From Candidatus Microgenomates bacterium (lineage in GTDB: Bacteria; Patescibacteriota; Microgenomatia; JACQLA01): 45,154 nt of DNA. Below the pieces are notes generated by a model. The model saw nothing but the letters and a program-made list of their open reading frames with translations. It searched no databases and was not told the DNA's origin. Positions 9,176 through 18,870 of this stretch are shown here, in pieces. The position numbers and the translations under genes are program-made. The stretch is from the NCBI GenBank assembly GCA_016204255.1, contig JACQLA010000002.1:1-45154 (forward strand), written 5' to 3'. Every line of letters starts with the position of its first letter. The stretch's first letter is position 1.

Positions 9176-9797
9176 TTTTAATGTTATTAACTGTTTCCCC
9201 ATTACCTTCAGTTATTTTATGTGCCAATTCAATAGGTTTTTTTACTGGAAAAGCCAGTATATCCGGGAATTCTTTTATTAATTGGTTAACCCAAGGCTTA
9301 TTTGCTCTCTCAAGTTGATCAATGATTGATTTTTCAATATAACCAGCGTCCATTCTCTCGATCATTTTCTCAAGCTCAGGATCAGCCCTTTTAATCCCCA
9401 CCTCTTTCCTGATTTCCGCCAGAACCTCCAAAATCTTGGTAATTTCTTCCTCGGCAATTAAATTAACACGCATGTGAACCTCGTCTCGAACAGTATTTAT
9501 ATGAGCCGCACGGTTCTGAGAAACTAAAACAAAGATGGCCAAAAAAATAGCCTCAAGAGAAACAAACATGGTTAAAAGGCCGAATGGAAACGGATCAAAA
9601 GGCGCAACTATACTGATAAAACCAGTATTTATAGCGATCCAGATGGAAAAAACTAGCAAGTGTATAAAGAGAAAGGGCGTGGAACCGCAGACAGTCGTTA
9701 AATCATCGGCGATCTGCGTTAGAAGCGATCTTGATCTTAACGATTTTGCCTCAAAAGAGCGGAAAAATTGCTTACGCCTCTCAAGCTGCTTGGCCAT
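9168..9797 (-). CDS. DUF1003 family membrane protein
   Basis: FDPFPFGLLTMFVSLEAIFLAIFVLVSQNR signature, two TM helices. Confidence 0.85.
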   Translation of the reverse strand: MAKQLERRKQFFRSFEAKSLRSRSLLTQIADDLTTVCGSTPFLFIHLLVFSIWIAINTGFISIVAPFDPFPFGLLTMFVSLEAIFLAIFVLVSQNRAAHINTVRDEVHMRVNLIAEEEITKILEVLAEIRKEVGIKRADPELEKMIERMDAGYIEKSIIDQLERANKPWVNQLIKEFPDILAFPVKKPIELAHKITEGNGETVNNIKTT

Positions 9798-9866
9798 AAT
9801 TCCAGTTTACTCGCATCACAAAACAAAAATCAAGGCTTAAGAAAAACTATGATAAACTTAAATTCA

Positions 9867-10463
9867 ATGTTTCAGAAAAATTTTAATTTAGTTCAAGCGC
9901 AAGTAATTGCCTGGAAAAGCGAGTTATCGATCAGTGCCCTCTCTTTTATCTTCGGAGTCGTTACCAGCGTGATATTTGCTATTTTGTTTCAAATTAACAG
10001 TAAAGAGATTTTAGAGACTTTAACTCGCTCTTTTGAGGATATTCGGGAAACGGCTTTGCAGGAAAATTTCCTAAATATCTTTCTGGCTATTTATCAGCGG
10101 AATCTAACGGCTACAGCAATTATTATTACCTCAGGTTTGATATTTCGCTATATTCCCCTGACGATCGTATTTTTGAACGGCTGGATTTTGGGAATAGTGT
10201 TTTATTCATTTACCAATTTGGGAGCAAAAATTGAGCAGTTAATTAGTCTCCTTTTACCCCACGGCTCTTTTGAGATTCCAGCAATAATTCTCGCTGCGGC
10301 GCTTGGGATGCGCTTATCTCGCCTCGGTAAAGGCCGGGGTTTAAAAGGAAGAGTTGTGGCGTTAATAAATTCCTGGAGAGCCGTTGCTCTAGTCGCGATA
10401 CTTCTCTTTATTGCCGGCCTAATTGAAAGTTCACTAATTATTTTCCTGCGGCCTCACCCTTAG
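9867..10463 (+). CDS. SpoIIM-family integral membrane protein
   Basis: LLPHGSFEIPAI and C-terminal IAGLIES motifs. Start moved to ATG 9867 because TGaTAAACT lies 8 nt upstream. Confidence 0.75.
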   Translation: MFQKNFNLVQAQVIAWKSELSISALSFIFGVVTSVIFAILFQINSKEILETLTRSFEDIRETALQENFLNIFLAIYQRNLTATAIIITSGLIFRYIPLTIVFLNGWILGIVFYSFTNLGAKIEQLISLLLPHGSFEIPAIILAAALGMRLSRLGKGRGLKGRVVALINSWRAVALVAILLFIAGLIESSLIIFLRPHP

Positions 10464-12450
10464 TCTCTTGCCCAATCTCAGAGTCGTTTAATGATTGAGG
10501 TTTTTTCCAGGAGGCAAACTTACAATTTGGCCAGTTCGAGCAGCCATAAAAAGTCCCACCCTTGCGGGTTTTTTTCAAAACAACATCCCCGCCGCACTGG
10601 GGACATTTAATATCGGTTTTAATCTGATATCTTTTTGTAAAATCGCAGTCGGGAAAACGGGAACAGGCCAAGAATTTCCCATATTTTCCCCTTTTTAAAA
10701 CTAAAGGCGCTCCGCATTTTTCGCATTTTTCTCCCTCAATTTTTTCTTGCTCAACTGTTACCTTCTCCCCAACTTCTGCGACATACTCCAGATGTTTTTC
10801 AAAAGGTCCATAAAAATCACGGATTATCTTAACCCACTCCCCTTCTCCCCGGGCAATACTATCCAGGTCCTCTTCCATTTGGGCTGTAAATTCAACATTA
10901 TCAATTTGAGGAAAATATTTGACCAAAAAGTCATTTACAGCAAATCCCAGCTTAGTTGGCTGAAACTTTCTTTCTATTTTCTCGACGTATTCCCTTTCCT
11001 GAATAGTAGAAATAATCGGAGCGTAGGTTGAGGGCCGGCCAATATTTTGCTCCTCTAAAGCCTTAACTAAACTTGCTTCTGTAAAACGCGCCGGGGGTTC
11101 GGTAAAATGCTGAGTTGCCAGAACTGACTCTTCGACCGGTTTTTTAAGATTAACCTTTTCTCCCTTTTTCAGCTCCGGTAATTTTTGGGCCATTTCAGCT
11201 TTCTCATAAAGTTTTTGCCAACCGTCAAATTTAACCTCTGAGCCACTGGCTCTCAAGCGGTATGATTTTACTTTCTTTCCGAGAATCTCAACTGTTAACT
11301 GTTCATAAACTGCTTCCTGCATTTGCGAGGCTAACATGCGCTTCCAGATTAACTCATACAACTTACCCTCATCTCTCCCAAGGCTCGTCTGAATTAAGGA
11401 AGGCGTAGTATTAATCAAAGTAGGTCGAATGGCCTCATGAGCTTCCTGCGCCACCCGGGATTTTGTTTTATAAACCCTTGGCGCTTCCGGCAGGTAATTT
11501 GCACCGAAATTTTTCTGAACATAATCTCGAGTCTCGGAAACAGCCACCTGTGCCAAATTTAATGAATCGGTGCGGTGGTAAGTAATTACCCCCTCTTCAT
11601 AAAGTTTTTGTGCAATCAGCATTGTTTTTTTAGTGGGCCAAAAAAAAGCGTTTCCCGCCGCCTGCTGAAGACTTGAGGTCATAAACGGCGCGGGCGGCTG
11701 CCGTTTGATGTCTTTGATTTCAACATTGTCAATAAGGTAAGGCGTAATTCCTTCCAGATCCTCTTTAATCTTTTTCGCTTCCGCTTCGCCTTTAATTTCT
11801 GCTTTTTCTTCATCAATTTTGGTTAGCTGGGCGGAAAAAATTTCCTGTTCTTTCCCCAGCGAATACAACTGGACCTCAATTTCCCAGTATTCCTCAGCCT
11901 TAAAAGCCTCAATCTCTCGCTCGCGTTCAACAATTAAACGCAGTGCCACCGACTGAACCCGGCCGGCCGAGAGTTTTTTTTGGATTTTTTGCCAAAGTAA
12001 GGGCGAAAGTTTATATCCTACTAGCCTGTCTAAAACCCGCCGGGCTTGTTGAGCATTAACTAAATCCAAGTCAACTGCCCGCGGATGATTCAAAGCTTCT
12101 TTAACTGCCCTTTCTGTAATTTCATGAAAAACCACCCGAGAGAAAGTTCCCTTTGAACCAAGAACTTCCATTACATGGTAGGCAATGGCTTCTCCTTCGC
12201 GGTCCGGGTCGGTGGCAAGAATAATTTTTTTACTCTCTTTTGCTAAATTTTTAAGTAAATTGACTGTTTTTCTTTTTTTGGTAGGAATAACATACCGCGG
12301 CTCAAAGTCATGCTCGACATCTACCCCCAGCTCTGATTTGGGTAAATCACGGACATGACCAATCGTGGCTTCGATTTGAAATCCCTTACCTAAAAAGCGG
12401 CTTAGGGTGCGAGCCTTAGTCGGCGACTCAACAATAATTAAATTTTCCAT
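10438..12450 (-). CDS. topA: DNA topoisomerase I
   Basis: IVESPTKA, ATDPDREGE, SAGRVQS, ITYHRTDS (catalytic Tyr), two C-terminal zinc ribbons. Confidence 0.98.
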   Translation of the reverse strand: MENLIIVESPTKARTLSRFLGKGFQIEATIGHVRDLPKSELGVDVEHDFEPRYVIPTKKRKTVNLLKNLAKESKKIILATDPDREGEAIAYHVMEVLGSKGTFSRVVFHEITERAVKEALNHPRAVDLDLVNAQQARRVLDRLVGYKLSPLLWQKIQKKLSAGRVQSVALRLIVEREREIEAFKAEEYWEIEVQLYSLGKEQEIFSAQLTKIDEEKAEIKGEAEAKKIKEDLEGITPYLIDNVEIKDIKRQPPAPFMTSSLQQAAGNAFFWPTKKTMLIAQKLYEEGVITYHRTDSLNLAQVAVSETRDYVQKNFGANYLPEAPRVYKTKSRVAQEAHEAIRPTLINTTPSLIQTSLGRDEGKLYELIWKRMLASQMQEAVYEQLTVEILGKKVKSYRLRASGSEVKFDGWQKLYEKAEMAQKLPELKKGEKVNLKKPVEESVLATQHFTEPPARFTEASLVKALEEQNIGRPSTYAPIISTIQEREYVEKIERKFQPTKLGFAVNDFLVKYFPQIDNVEFTAQMEEDLDSIARGEGEWVKIIRDFYGPFEKHLEYVAEVGEKVTVEQEKIEGEKCEKCGAPLVLKRGKYGKFLACSRFPDCDFTKRYQIKTDIKCPQCGGDVVLKKTRKGGTFYGCSNWPNCKFASWKKPQSLNDSEIGQETKGEAAGK

Positions 12451-12539
12451 GCTTATTCACTTTATAGATATTGTCTTTGCTCTGTCAAGCTTTTGATTAT
12501 TGGAGAAATAGTGGGACGGCAGATAAGAATTAACCTTAA

Positions 12540-12725
12540 TTAATGCACTTCGTTCTCAGTTTTTCTTTGTTCAAATCCAATCTTTTCTCTCCATTTTTCC
12601 GCTTCCTGTGGAGACAAGCTCCCCACAACTAAGGCCTCATTAATTTCCCTACGCGCCTACTGAATCAGAGTCAAAAAAAACATTCTTTCATCAGGACTTA
12701 ATCCGGCCTGGACTATTCTATCCAT
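12540..12725 (-). pseudogene. Small ORF (61 codons) interrupted by an in-frame TAG
   Basis: MDRIVQAGLSPDERMFFLTLIQ*ARREINEALVVGSLSPQEAEKWREKIGFEQRKTENEVH*, TAG at 12659-12657. Extended -10 TGgTAAAAT lies 6 nt before the ATG. Confidence 0.5.
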
Positions 12726-12777
12726 AAATCTATTTTACCACAGAACAGACAGCAATCGTGCTTTTCATTTCCAGCTC

Positions 12778-12807
12778 TTGACAAAAATAAAAGTAAAATT
12801 TTATACT
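12778..12807 (+). promoter_or_regulatory. Putative sigma70 promoter
   Basis: TTGACA-18 nt-TATACT, 10 nt before ATG 12818. Confidence 0.6.
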
Positions 12808-12817
12808 GGAGAATAAC

Positions 12818-13522
12818 ATGTCTAAGATAAAAATTTCTGTTTCGTTTTTGATTCTACTCACTTTTGTTACCATTTTAGCCAATCCTGTCTTTGCTGAAGA
12901 TGGTTCCACGACAGACAAAACCTTGAAAACTCAAGTAACCGGCTCTACCACCACTAATCGCAATCCCGATATTAAAGTTAAATTAAGGGAACTTAATGAG
13001 GCGCGCACATCAGAAATCCGTAAATTGCACTTGGCCCTAGATCAAAATTGGGCAACAATCGGCGCCCGCTATGCCTCTATCGCCGCTAAACTGAAATTAC
13101 TAAGAGAAAATCGAGCAACTGATGCCGCAGAACGCAAGGAAAAACGCGATGAAAAAAAGATGAGGAATGTCCAGGAATGGGCAGAGAGGGTTGTAAAACG
13201 TGATAAAGCAGCACTGGAAAGATTAACAAATATTCTGATTCGAATTGAATCCCGAGCGGAAAAAATGAAAGCCAAGAGATTGGACACCACTGTTATCGAT
13301 CAAAAAATTGACACTGCTCAACTTAAGCTCAAAGATGCTTCAAATACAGTTAGCTTAGCAGAAGCAACTTTTCAAACTTTAGCTACCTCTGACAATCCAA
13401 AAGAAGCTTTCCAGATTGCAAAAGAAGCCCAGGCAAATGTCAAAGAAGCCTTTAAAGATATTCATCAGGCTTTAAGGGATATTGTTATTTTAATTAAATC
13501 TTCCGAAAAAGGAGAAGAATAA
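12818..13522 (+). CDS. Secreted coiled-coil hypothetical protein
   Basis: Signal peptide ending PVFA, followed by long K/E/R/A-rich helical sequence. Confidence 0.85.
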   Translation: MSKIKISVSFLILLTFVTILANPVFAEDGSTTDKTLKTQVTGSTTTNRNPDIKVKLRELNEARTSEIRKLHLALDQNWATIGARYASIAAKLKLLRENRATDAAERKEKRDEKKMRNVQEWAERVVKRDKAALERLTNILIRIESRAEKMKAKRLDTTVIDQKIDTAQLKLKDASNTVSLAEATFQTLATSDNPKEAFQIAKEAQANVKEAFKDIHQALRDIVILIKSSEKGEE

Positions 13523-13944
13523 TGGACCAACCACCCGCCCCCCAATCACCGATTAACAATAACTCATCAGCCCCGGGAATGGCATCGTCTTCACCCGCGG
13601 CTTCAAATTCACCAACTTCTACATCCACAGCTCCAGAGATGAAAGGCGCTAACAAACCTCTGGTTAGGCCGGCAACAATTTTTATTTTTGTCCTTCTTTT
13701 GGGAATAGTCGGGGCAGTCTTTTTCATTGTTGGAAAAAATAAGTTCACCCAACCTGCACCTTTACCAACTCGACCACCGGCGGTTCGTTCTCAAACCACT
13801 CCAACACCTGCTTCCGACTTAATTGAAAGCGGTCTTAGGGTAACTAATCCTTCGGATGAAGTAAGTGTAATTGAAGGTGATATCAACTCCACCAATCTCG
13901 ATAATCTTGATGAGGGTGTAGCTGGCGCAGAAACAAACCTTTAA
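13522..13944 (+). CDS. Single-TM Pro/Ser-rich hypothetical protein
   Basis: TAATG overlap with the previous gene, one hydrophobic helix, low-complexity flanks. Confidence 0.8.
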   Translation: MDQPPAPQSPINNNSSAPGMASSSPAASNSPTSTSTAPEMKGANKPLVRPATIFIFVLLLGIVGAVFFIVGKNKFTQPAPLPTRPPAVRSQTTPTPASDLIESGLRVTNPSDEVSVIEGDINSTNLDNLDEGVAGAETNL

Positions 13945-13947
13945 ATC

Positions 13948-15060
13948 CTAAGAAGCTAAACTATACTGTCCGCCCCCTAAATTTTTGATTTTTCCTTTAA
14001 TTTCTGCCAGACCTAGAAGGCTACCCACCTGTGAAGCCTGAAGTTCGGATCTGCGGATTAACTCATCGATATGAGCGGGTCCATTTTTTAAAATTTCCAA
14101 AATTTTTTCCTCCTGGGGATTTTCAGCAATTATTTGTTTTGCTGTAAATTGACTCGCTCTTTGTTTAAGATTTAATTCCTCTAAGACATCTTTAACTGTG
14201 TGGACAAGCTTGGCTCCTTTTTGGATCAGTTGAGCTGTACCAACAGACATAGGGCTGGTAATTGGTCCGGGAACGGCAAAAACTTCTCGCCCATGCTCTG
14301 CCGCATCAGAAGCCGTAATTAAGGAGCCCGATTCAGAGGCGGCCTCAGTTACCAAAACCCCCAGAGAAAGTCCACTGATAATCCTGTTGCGGATTGGAAA
14401 ATTTTGCGGAACTGGCGGACAATCGGGAGGAAACTCAGAAACCACGGCCCCTTTTTGGCTGATTCGAAAGGCCAATTCCTTATTTTCCGGAGGATAGATA
14501 TTTTCTACTCCGGAGCCTAAAACTGCAATCGTTCGTCCGCCGGCAGACAAGGCTGTTTGATGGGCAATTGTGTCCACTCCCCGAGCCAAACCGGAAACGA
14601 TAGTCAAACCCGCAGCCACTAAATTATTGACCAAAACCATTGTTACTTCCCGACCATAAGTGGTGACCTTACGGGTCCCCACCACGGCCAAAGACAGATT
14701 ATCTTCCGGTTTAAATTCCCCTTTAAAATACAAAACCGGCGGCGGAGCGGAAATCTGCTTTAGAAGCTCGGGGTAATCCTTATCCAGTAAGGATAAAGCC
14801 TTTATTCCCTTTTTTTGAAGTGAGCTAAAATAATCATAGGGGAAAAATTTTTCGCGAAAATCACAAAAATCTAAAACTATTTTCTCTGATAAACCTAATT
14901 TTTGAAAATCAATAAAAGGCGCCATCCACGCCCTTTTAGCCGAACCGAAATAATCAACAAGAAGCTTAAACCGTTGGGGACCGATCCCCGGGAAGTTGGA
15001 AAAAGCCACCCAGTAATGTCTTTCTTCGTCAAGGCTCACGGGCGGTTGAGATCTGGTCAT
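13948..15060 (-). CDS. dprA: DNA-processing protein DprA
   Basis: AVVGTR, VSGLARGVD, FPIRNRIISGLS, GSLITA, VFAVPG, C-terminal winged helix. Confidence 0.97.
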   Translation of the reverse strand: MTRSQPPVSLDEERHYWVAFSNFPGIGPQRFKLLVDYFGSAKRAWMAPFIDFQKLGLSEKIVLDFCDFREKFFPYDYFSSLQKKGIKALSLLDKDYPELLKQISAPPPVLYFKGEFKPEDNLSLAVVGTRKVTTYGREVTMVLVNNLVAAGLTIVSGLARGVDTIAHQTALSAGGRTIAVLGSGVENIYPPENKELAFRISQKGAVVSEFPPDCPPVPQNFPIRNRIISGLSLGVLVTEAASESGSLITASDAAEHGREVFAVPGPITSPMSVGTAQLIQKGAKLVHTVKDVLEELNLKQRASQFTAKQIIAENPQEEKILEILKNGPAHIDELIRRSELQASQVGSLLGLAEIKGKIKNLGGGQYSLAS

Positions 15061-15079
15061 AAAATAAACTATACACTAT

Positions 15080-16795
15080 TTACTGTTTGTCACGGAAGTA
15101 TTCCTCTAAGACCTTTTTGGCGATGGGGGCACCGACATTTGACCCCTCACCTCCGCCTTCAACTAGGACCGTAGCCACAATTTGAGGATTTTCAGCCGGG
15201 GCAAAAACTGTAAACCAAGCATGAGTCCTACCTTTTGGATCGCCGTATTCGGCAGTACCGGTTTTGCAGGCAGTTTGGATTGCCCTATCCCCGACTTTAA
15301 AATCAAATAACGGCCAGCCTGTTCCCCCGGTTGAGCAGGCTTCAATCATTCCCTTTTTAATCAAATCAATTGTTTCTGTTTTTAAAAAATCCTTACGAAT
15401 CACAACCGCCTGATCGCTTTTAACCAACAGCGGTTTGTATAAAATCCCGCCATTGGCAATAACCGCTGTCCAAAAGTTTACTTGAAGCGGCGTAGTTAAA
15501 ACATATCCCTGACCAATTCCAATGTGGTACGTATCGCCCAAATACCATTTCTCACCGATATTTTTCTCTTTCCATTGCGGGTTGGGCATCAGGCCTGAAC
15601 TTTCGCCCTCAAGCGGGATTCCCAATTTTTGCCCCACTCCGAATTTGGCGGCCCATTTCCCCAATTCTCCCTCCCCCACCATTCCGGCGGTTTTATAAAA
15701 GAAAATGTCATTTGAGCGTTTAAGTGCCCCCACAACGTCCAAATTACCTTCGGTTTTCCCGTATTGAATAAGATACCAGTTTGGAAACCGATAAGGGCCG
15801 ATAACAATCTCCCCCGTATCTTCAATAAGAGTGCTCTTGTCAATCTTTCCTTCCTCTAAGCCTGCTGCCGCAGTTACGATCTTAAAAGTTGATCCCGGAG
15901 GATAAACGCCGGAAATCGCCCGGTTTAAAAATGGTTTTTCCCGGTCATCATTAAAAAGTTGTTTAATTTTTTCCTCATCCTGATCAACCGTAAAAAGATT
16001 AGGATCAAAGCTTGGGCGGGAAACTAAAGCCAGAATTTGGCCGTCGGAGGGACGGGAAACCACCACCACCCCCCGAACATTTCCTAATGCCTCGTAGGCA
16101 GATTTTTGCAGATTTAGATCAAAGCTTAAGGTTAGGTTTTGACCAGGTTGCGAGAGCTCTTCGTTTAGAATACCCAATTTTTTCTCTTGAGCATCAACTT
16201 CAATAAATTCCTTTCCTTTTTGCCCGCGAAGAGTTTTTTCGTATTCCTTCTCAATACCTGCTCGACCCACTTTATCCCCCCCCTGATAATCATCAGTTTT
16301 GGCATAGGTCTTAAGTTCCTCCTGGGTAATTTCGCTTGTGTAACCCAGAACATGGGCAAAAATCTCTGGATAAAGATATTCGCGCAAAATATCAATTTCC
16401 AAATTAGCCGCCTCCATTCCCCCGTGAGCCTCAACATCTAAGGCTTTATCGCGACTTAAAACCCTGTAGGATTCTTGGGTTTTTAAGCGGTAGCCCGGAA
16501 TATTCCGGACTAAAATTTGGTCATTGCGATCAAAAATGATTCCCCGAGGAGCCGGCAGAGGCTTGATTCTTACCCGGTTTTCTTCAGAAATTTGACGATT
16601 TTGAGCCCCGACAATAATTTGAAGATAAAATAGGCGCCCGATTAAAACCAGGGGAAAAATCAAAAGAATTAAACTGAAGATAGCAATCCTTGCATGATTG
16701 TTAAAACCCTCATCTTCATCCCAATCAGTTTTTTTGTTTTTCGGTTTCGTTCGCGAAAATTCCAGTGTGTCGGCAAATCCTTGACCTAATTTCAT
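15080..16795 (-). CDS. mrdA: Penicillin-binding protein 2
   Basis: PGSTFK (SxxK), SND, KTGTAE, PRG.I.DRN. Start placed at ATG 16795 (ATGA overlap with the mreD stop). Confidence 0.93.
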   Translation of the reverse strand: MKLGQGFADTLEFSRTKPKNKKTDWDEDEGFNNHARIAIFSLILLIFPLVLIGRLFYLQIIVGAQNRQISEENRVRIKPLPAPRGIIFDRNDQILVRNIPGYRLKTQESYRVLSRDKALDVEAHGGMEAANLEIDILREYLYPEIFAHVLGYTSEITQEELKTYAKTDDYQGGDKVGRAGIEKEYEKTLRGQKGKEFIEVDAQEKKLGILNEELSQPGQNLTLSFDLNLQKSAYEALGNVRGVVVVSRPSDGQILALVSRPSFDPNLFTVDQDEEKIKQLFNDDREKPFLNRAISGVYPPGSTFKIVTAAAGLEEGKIDKSTLIEDTGEIVIGPYRFPNWYLIQYGKTEGNLDVVGALKRSNDIFFYKTAGMVGEGELGKWAAKFGVGQKLGIPLEGESSGLMPNPQWKEKNIGEKWYLGDTYHIGIGQGYVLTTPLQVNFWTAVIANGGILYKPLLVKSDQAVVIRKDFLKTETIDLIKKGMIEACSTGGTGWPLFDFKVGDRAIQTACKTGTAEYGDPKGRTHAWFTVFAPAENPQIVATVLVEGGGEGSNVGAPIAKKVLEEYFRDKQ

Positions 16796-17238
16796 ATCTT
16801 TAACGGCATTTGCAATGATGTCCCTTCGTTTCTTCTTGACCAAAGAGTAATTAGAGGACGGAACAGAAAAATTATAAAAGCGTTTATAAAAAGATTGGTT
16901 GAAAAAGAGAAATTCTTTTCGAAAATCTGCCAGATAAAAAGACCAAAAAAAGCAATTGGAAATAAATAAATAAAGCGGGTGATTTTGAACTTACCTTTAT
17001 AAAGATTGAGCAAAAAGGCAATTAAAAGAAAAATAACACTGGAGAGGCCTAATGGGTTTTCCGGACGGGTTAAATCCAAAATAATTCCGGCCAAAAAGGC
17101 GCCGGCAAAACCCTCTTTGGGCAAGCGAATTATTACCCAAATTAAAACCGCCAGAATCACAAGTCTTAAGGGAATAATTGTGGACTCCAAAAGAGCCAAA
17201 ATCAAAACCACTAAAAGAAAATAAATTGTTTTTTTCAT
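16792..17238 (-). CDS. mreD: Rod shape-determining protein MreD
   Basis: Hydrophobic, AFLAGIILDL motif, located between mreC and mrdA. The track start (17262) lies inside a repeat element, so ATG 17238 is preferred. Confidence 0.8.
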   Translation of the reverse strand: MKKTIYFLLVVLILALLESTIIPLRLVILAVLIWVIIRLPKEGFAGAFLAGIILDLTRPENPLGLSSVIFLLIAFLLNLYKGKFKITRFIYLFPIAFFGLFIWQIFEKNFSFSTNLFINAFIIFLFRPLITLWSRRNEGTSLQMPLKI

Positions 17239-17256
17239 CAAATCGAACTTTATACA

Positions 17257-17374
17257 TGTCATTCTGAACGAAGTGAAGAATCTCTAAACTCGTTTTAGGA
17301 ATGCTCATATTCGCCCCGCTTCACCGACTTAGCGAGGCACGAGAGATCCTTCGGACTTTGTCCTCAGGATGACA
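17257..17374. mobile_element. REP/MITE-like palindromic element
   Basis: Arms TGTCATTCTGAACGAAGTGAAGAATCTCT (17257-17285) and AGAGATCCTTCGGACTTTGTCCTCAGGATGACA (17342-17374) are imperfect inverted repeats, non-coding. Confidence 0.75.
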
Positions 17375-17381
17375 ATTTATA

Positions 17382-18167
17382 CTAATCTATAATTATAAAA
17401 ACCTCTTCAAGAGTATCAAAATCGATTAAGGGTTTGACTGTCGCCTCCTGAAAGACTGCGTTTTCCTCTTTTTTCACCGATTCTATTTTGCCAATGATTA
17501 AATCCTTTGGATAATCCCCTTCTCCCGAGGTTAAAACTAAATCTTCGACGGTCAATTTTTCTCCTTGGGTCACTTTTCCCAAAATCGCCTTTTTCCCAAA
17601 CTCTCCAACCAGAAAACCCCGGGCGGCGGTTTTTTCGGTTTGAACCGGAATTTTACTCTCGGGATCCAAGGGTAACTGCACCTGACTGGTAAAAGGCCCC
17701 GCCTCAACAACTTTACCGATTAGAAAATTTTTAAAAATGACTATTTGCCCGACCTCAACTCCATTTTTATCCCCTTTATCCAAGCTTAAATAACGGGAAA
17801 GGCCAATAATTTTAGCGGGCGCAAGATTGCGCAGAGAAGAATCTGAAATTTCAAGCTGGGCTCGTAATGCTCGATTTTCTTTTTCAAGTCCTTCGGCCTT
17901 TTGTGCGGCCACCAAAAGTTCGCGGTTTTTTTCCTCCAAAGCTTTAAGTTTTTGATTACCCGAGCGCCAAAAAGTCAAAAAACCAAAAGTATTGCGAGTC
18001 CCCTGGGCGGTCTGATAAAGAATTTGTTTAACAGGTTTTTCGGTGATTTCTGTAGCGCCTATCAGAGGCTTAAATAAACCCAGATGATTTAGAAAAAGAA
18101 TGAGGAGAGAAAGTAAAAGAAAAAAGAAAAAACTGGGTAAAGATTTTAAAGCTACCTCCTTCTCCAT
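17382..18167 (-). CDS. mreC: Rod shape-determining protein MreC
   Basis: N-terminal TM, coiled coil LEKENRALRAQL, LDKG...GV, VLTSG, operon context. Confidence 0.93.
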   Translation of the reverse strand: MEKEVALKSLPSFFFFLLLSLLILFLNHLGLFKPLIGATEITEKPVKQILYQTAQGTRNTFGFLTFWRSGNQKLKALEEKNRELLVAAQKAEGLEKENRALRAQLEISDSSLRNLAPAKIIGLSRYLSLDKGDKNGVEVGQIVIFKNFLIGKVVEAGPFTSQVQLPLDPESKIPVQTEKTAARGFLVGEFGKKAILGKVTQGEKLTVEDLVLTSGEGDYPKDLIIGKIESVKKEENAVFQEATVKPLIDFDTLEEVFIIID

Positions 18168-18214
18168 ATTCTCCACATTTTATACTACTCCGCAAATTTT
18201 TGGTATATACTTTC

Positions 18215-18234
18215 GTAGCCCCGATTTATCGGGG
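18215..18234 (+). repeat. GTAG-type REP palindrome
   Basis: GTAG followed by CCCCGAT-TT-ATCGGGG, same stem as 7704-7720. Confidence 0.7.
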
Positions 18235-18282
18235 TAAAGGAATATCGTAGAAGCCTATAGAGAGTTTAACAATCTAACTACT

Positions 18283-18870
18283 TCAGAAATTAAGGGCTTT
18301 ACCACCCACGAGGCTTAAAACGCCAAATACCACTAAAATAGCTAGACCCACACCGCTGAAAATTTGTCCCCAGGTATGTTTTTTTTCTTCATAACGGCTC
18401 CAGCAAACTAATGGAACCAAAAGAAAAAGATAAGGCATTGGCTGAACTAAAAAGTAAAAAAGCAAAACCGCCGCAGTAATGGTTGTAGTGTGAGCACTTA
18501 TTTTCCAGAAAAAATTGATAGCTGTCACCGAAAGCACCAATAAATAGAATGTTAAGGCCACTAAAAAGGTGTGAGGATGCTCAAAAAATCTTAAAATGAC
18601 CATCGCTACTGTTCCACTGACAACCGCGATGAGATAGATAGGATAACGTTGTTTCCTTTCCGTTACATCCCAATCCTTAATTTCTCCTTTCTTGATCTGA
18701 AAAAGTAAATAGAAAAATGGCGTAAGAATAATTAATACTATTAAAAATAGTAAATAAATTTGCTCAACCGTTAAAGTAACTCTAGAAATAAAAATCGGAA
18801 AGGTTAAAGGAAAAACCGTTACCGGATGAGAAAAAGCAGAAATGACTTTGGCCGTTCTTTGACGAAACAT
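18283..18870 (-). CDS. PAP2-superfamily-like membrane protein
   Basis: Multi-TM, with WKISAH and SR....HT motifs resembling PAP2 C2/C3. Confidence 0.65.
   Translation of the reverse strand: MFRQRTAKVISAFSHPVTVFPLTFPIFISRVTLTVEQIYLLFLIVLIILTPFFYLLFQIKKGEIKDWDVTERKQRYPIYLIAVVSGTVAMVILRFFEHPHTFLVALTFYLLVLSVTAINFFWKISAHTTTITAAVLLFYFLVQPMPYLFLLVPLVCWSRYEEKKHTWGQIFSGVGLAILVVFGVLSLVGGKALNF

Noticed and set aside
12730-12918. Track ORF 62 aa (-)
   Set aside because: Overlaps the promoter and start of the 12818 gene on the opposite strand, with no protein-like features
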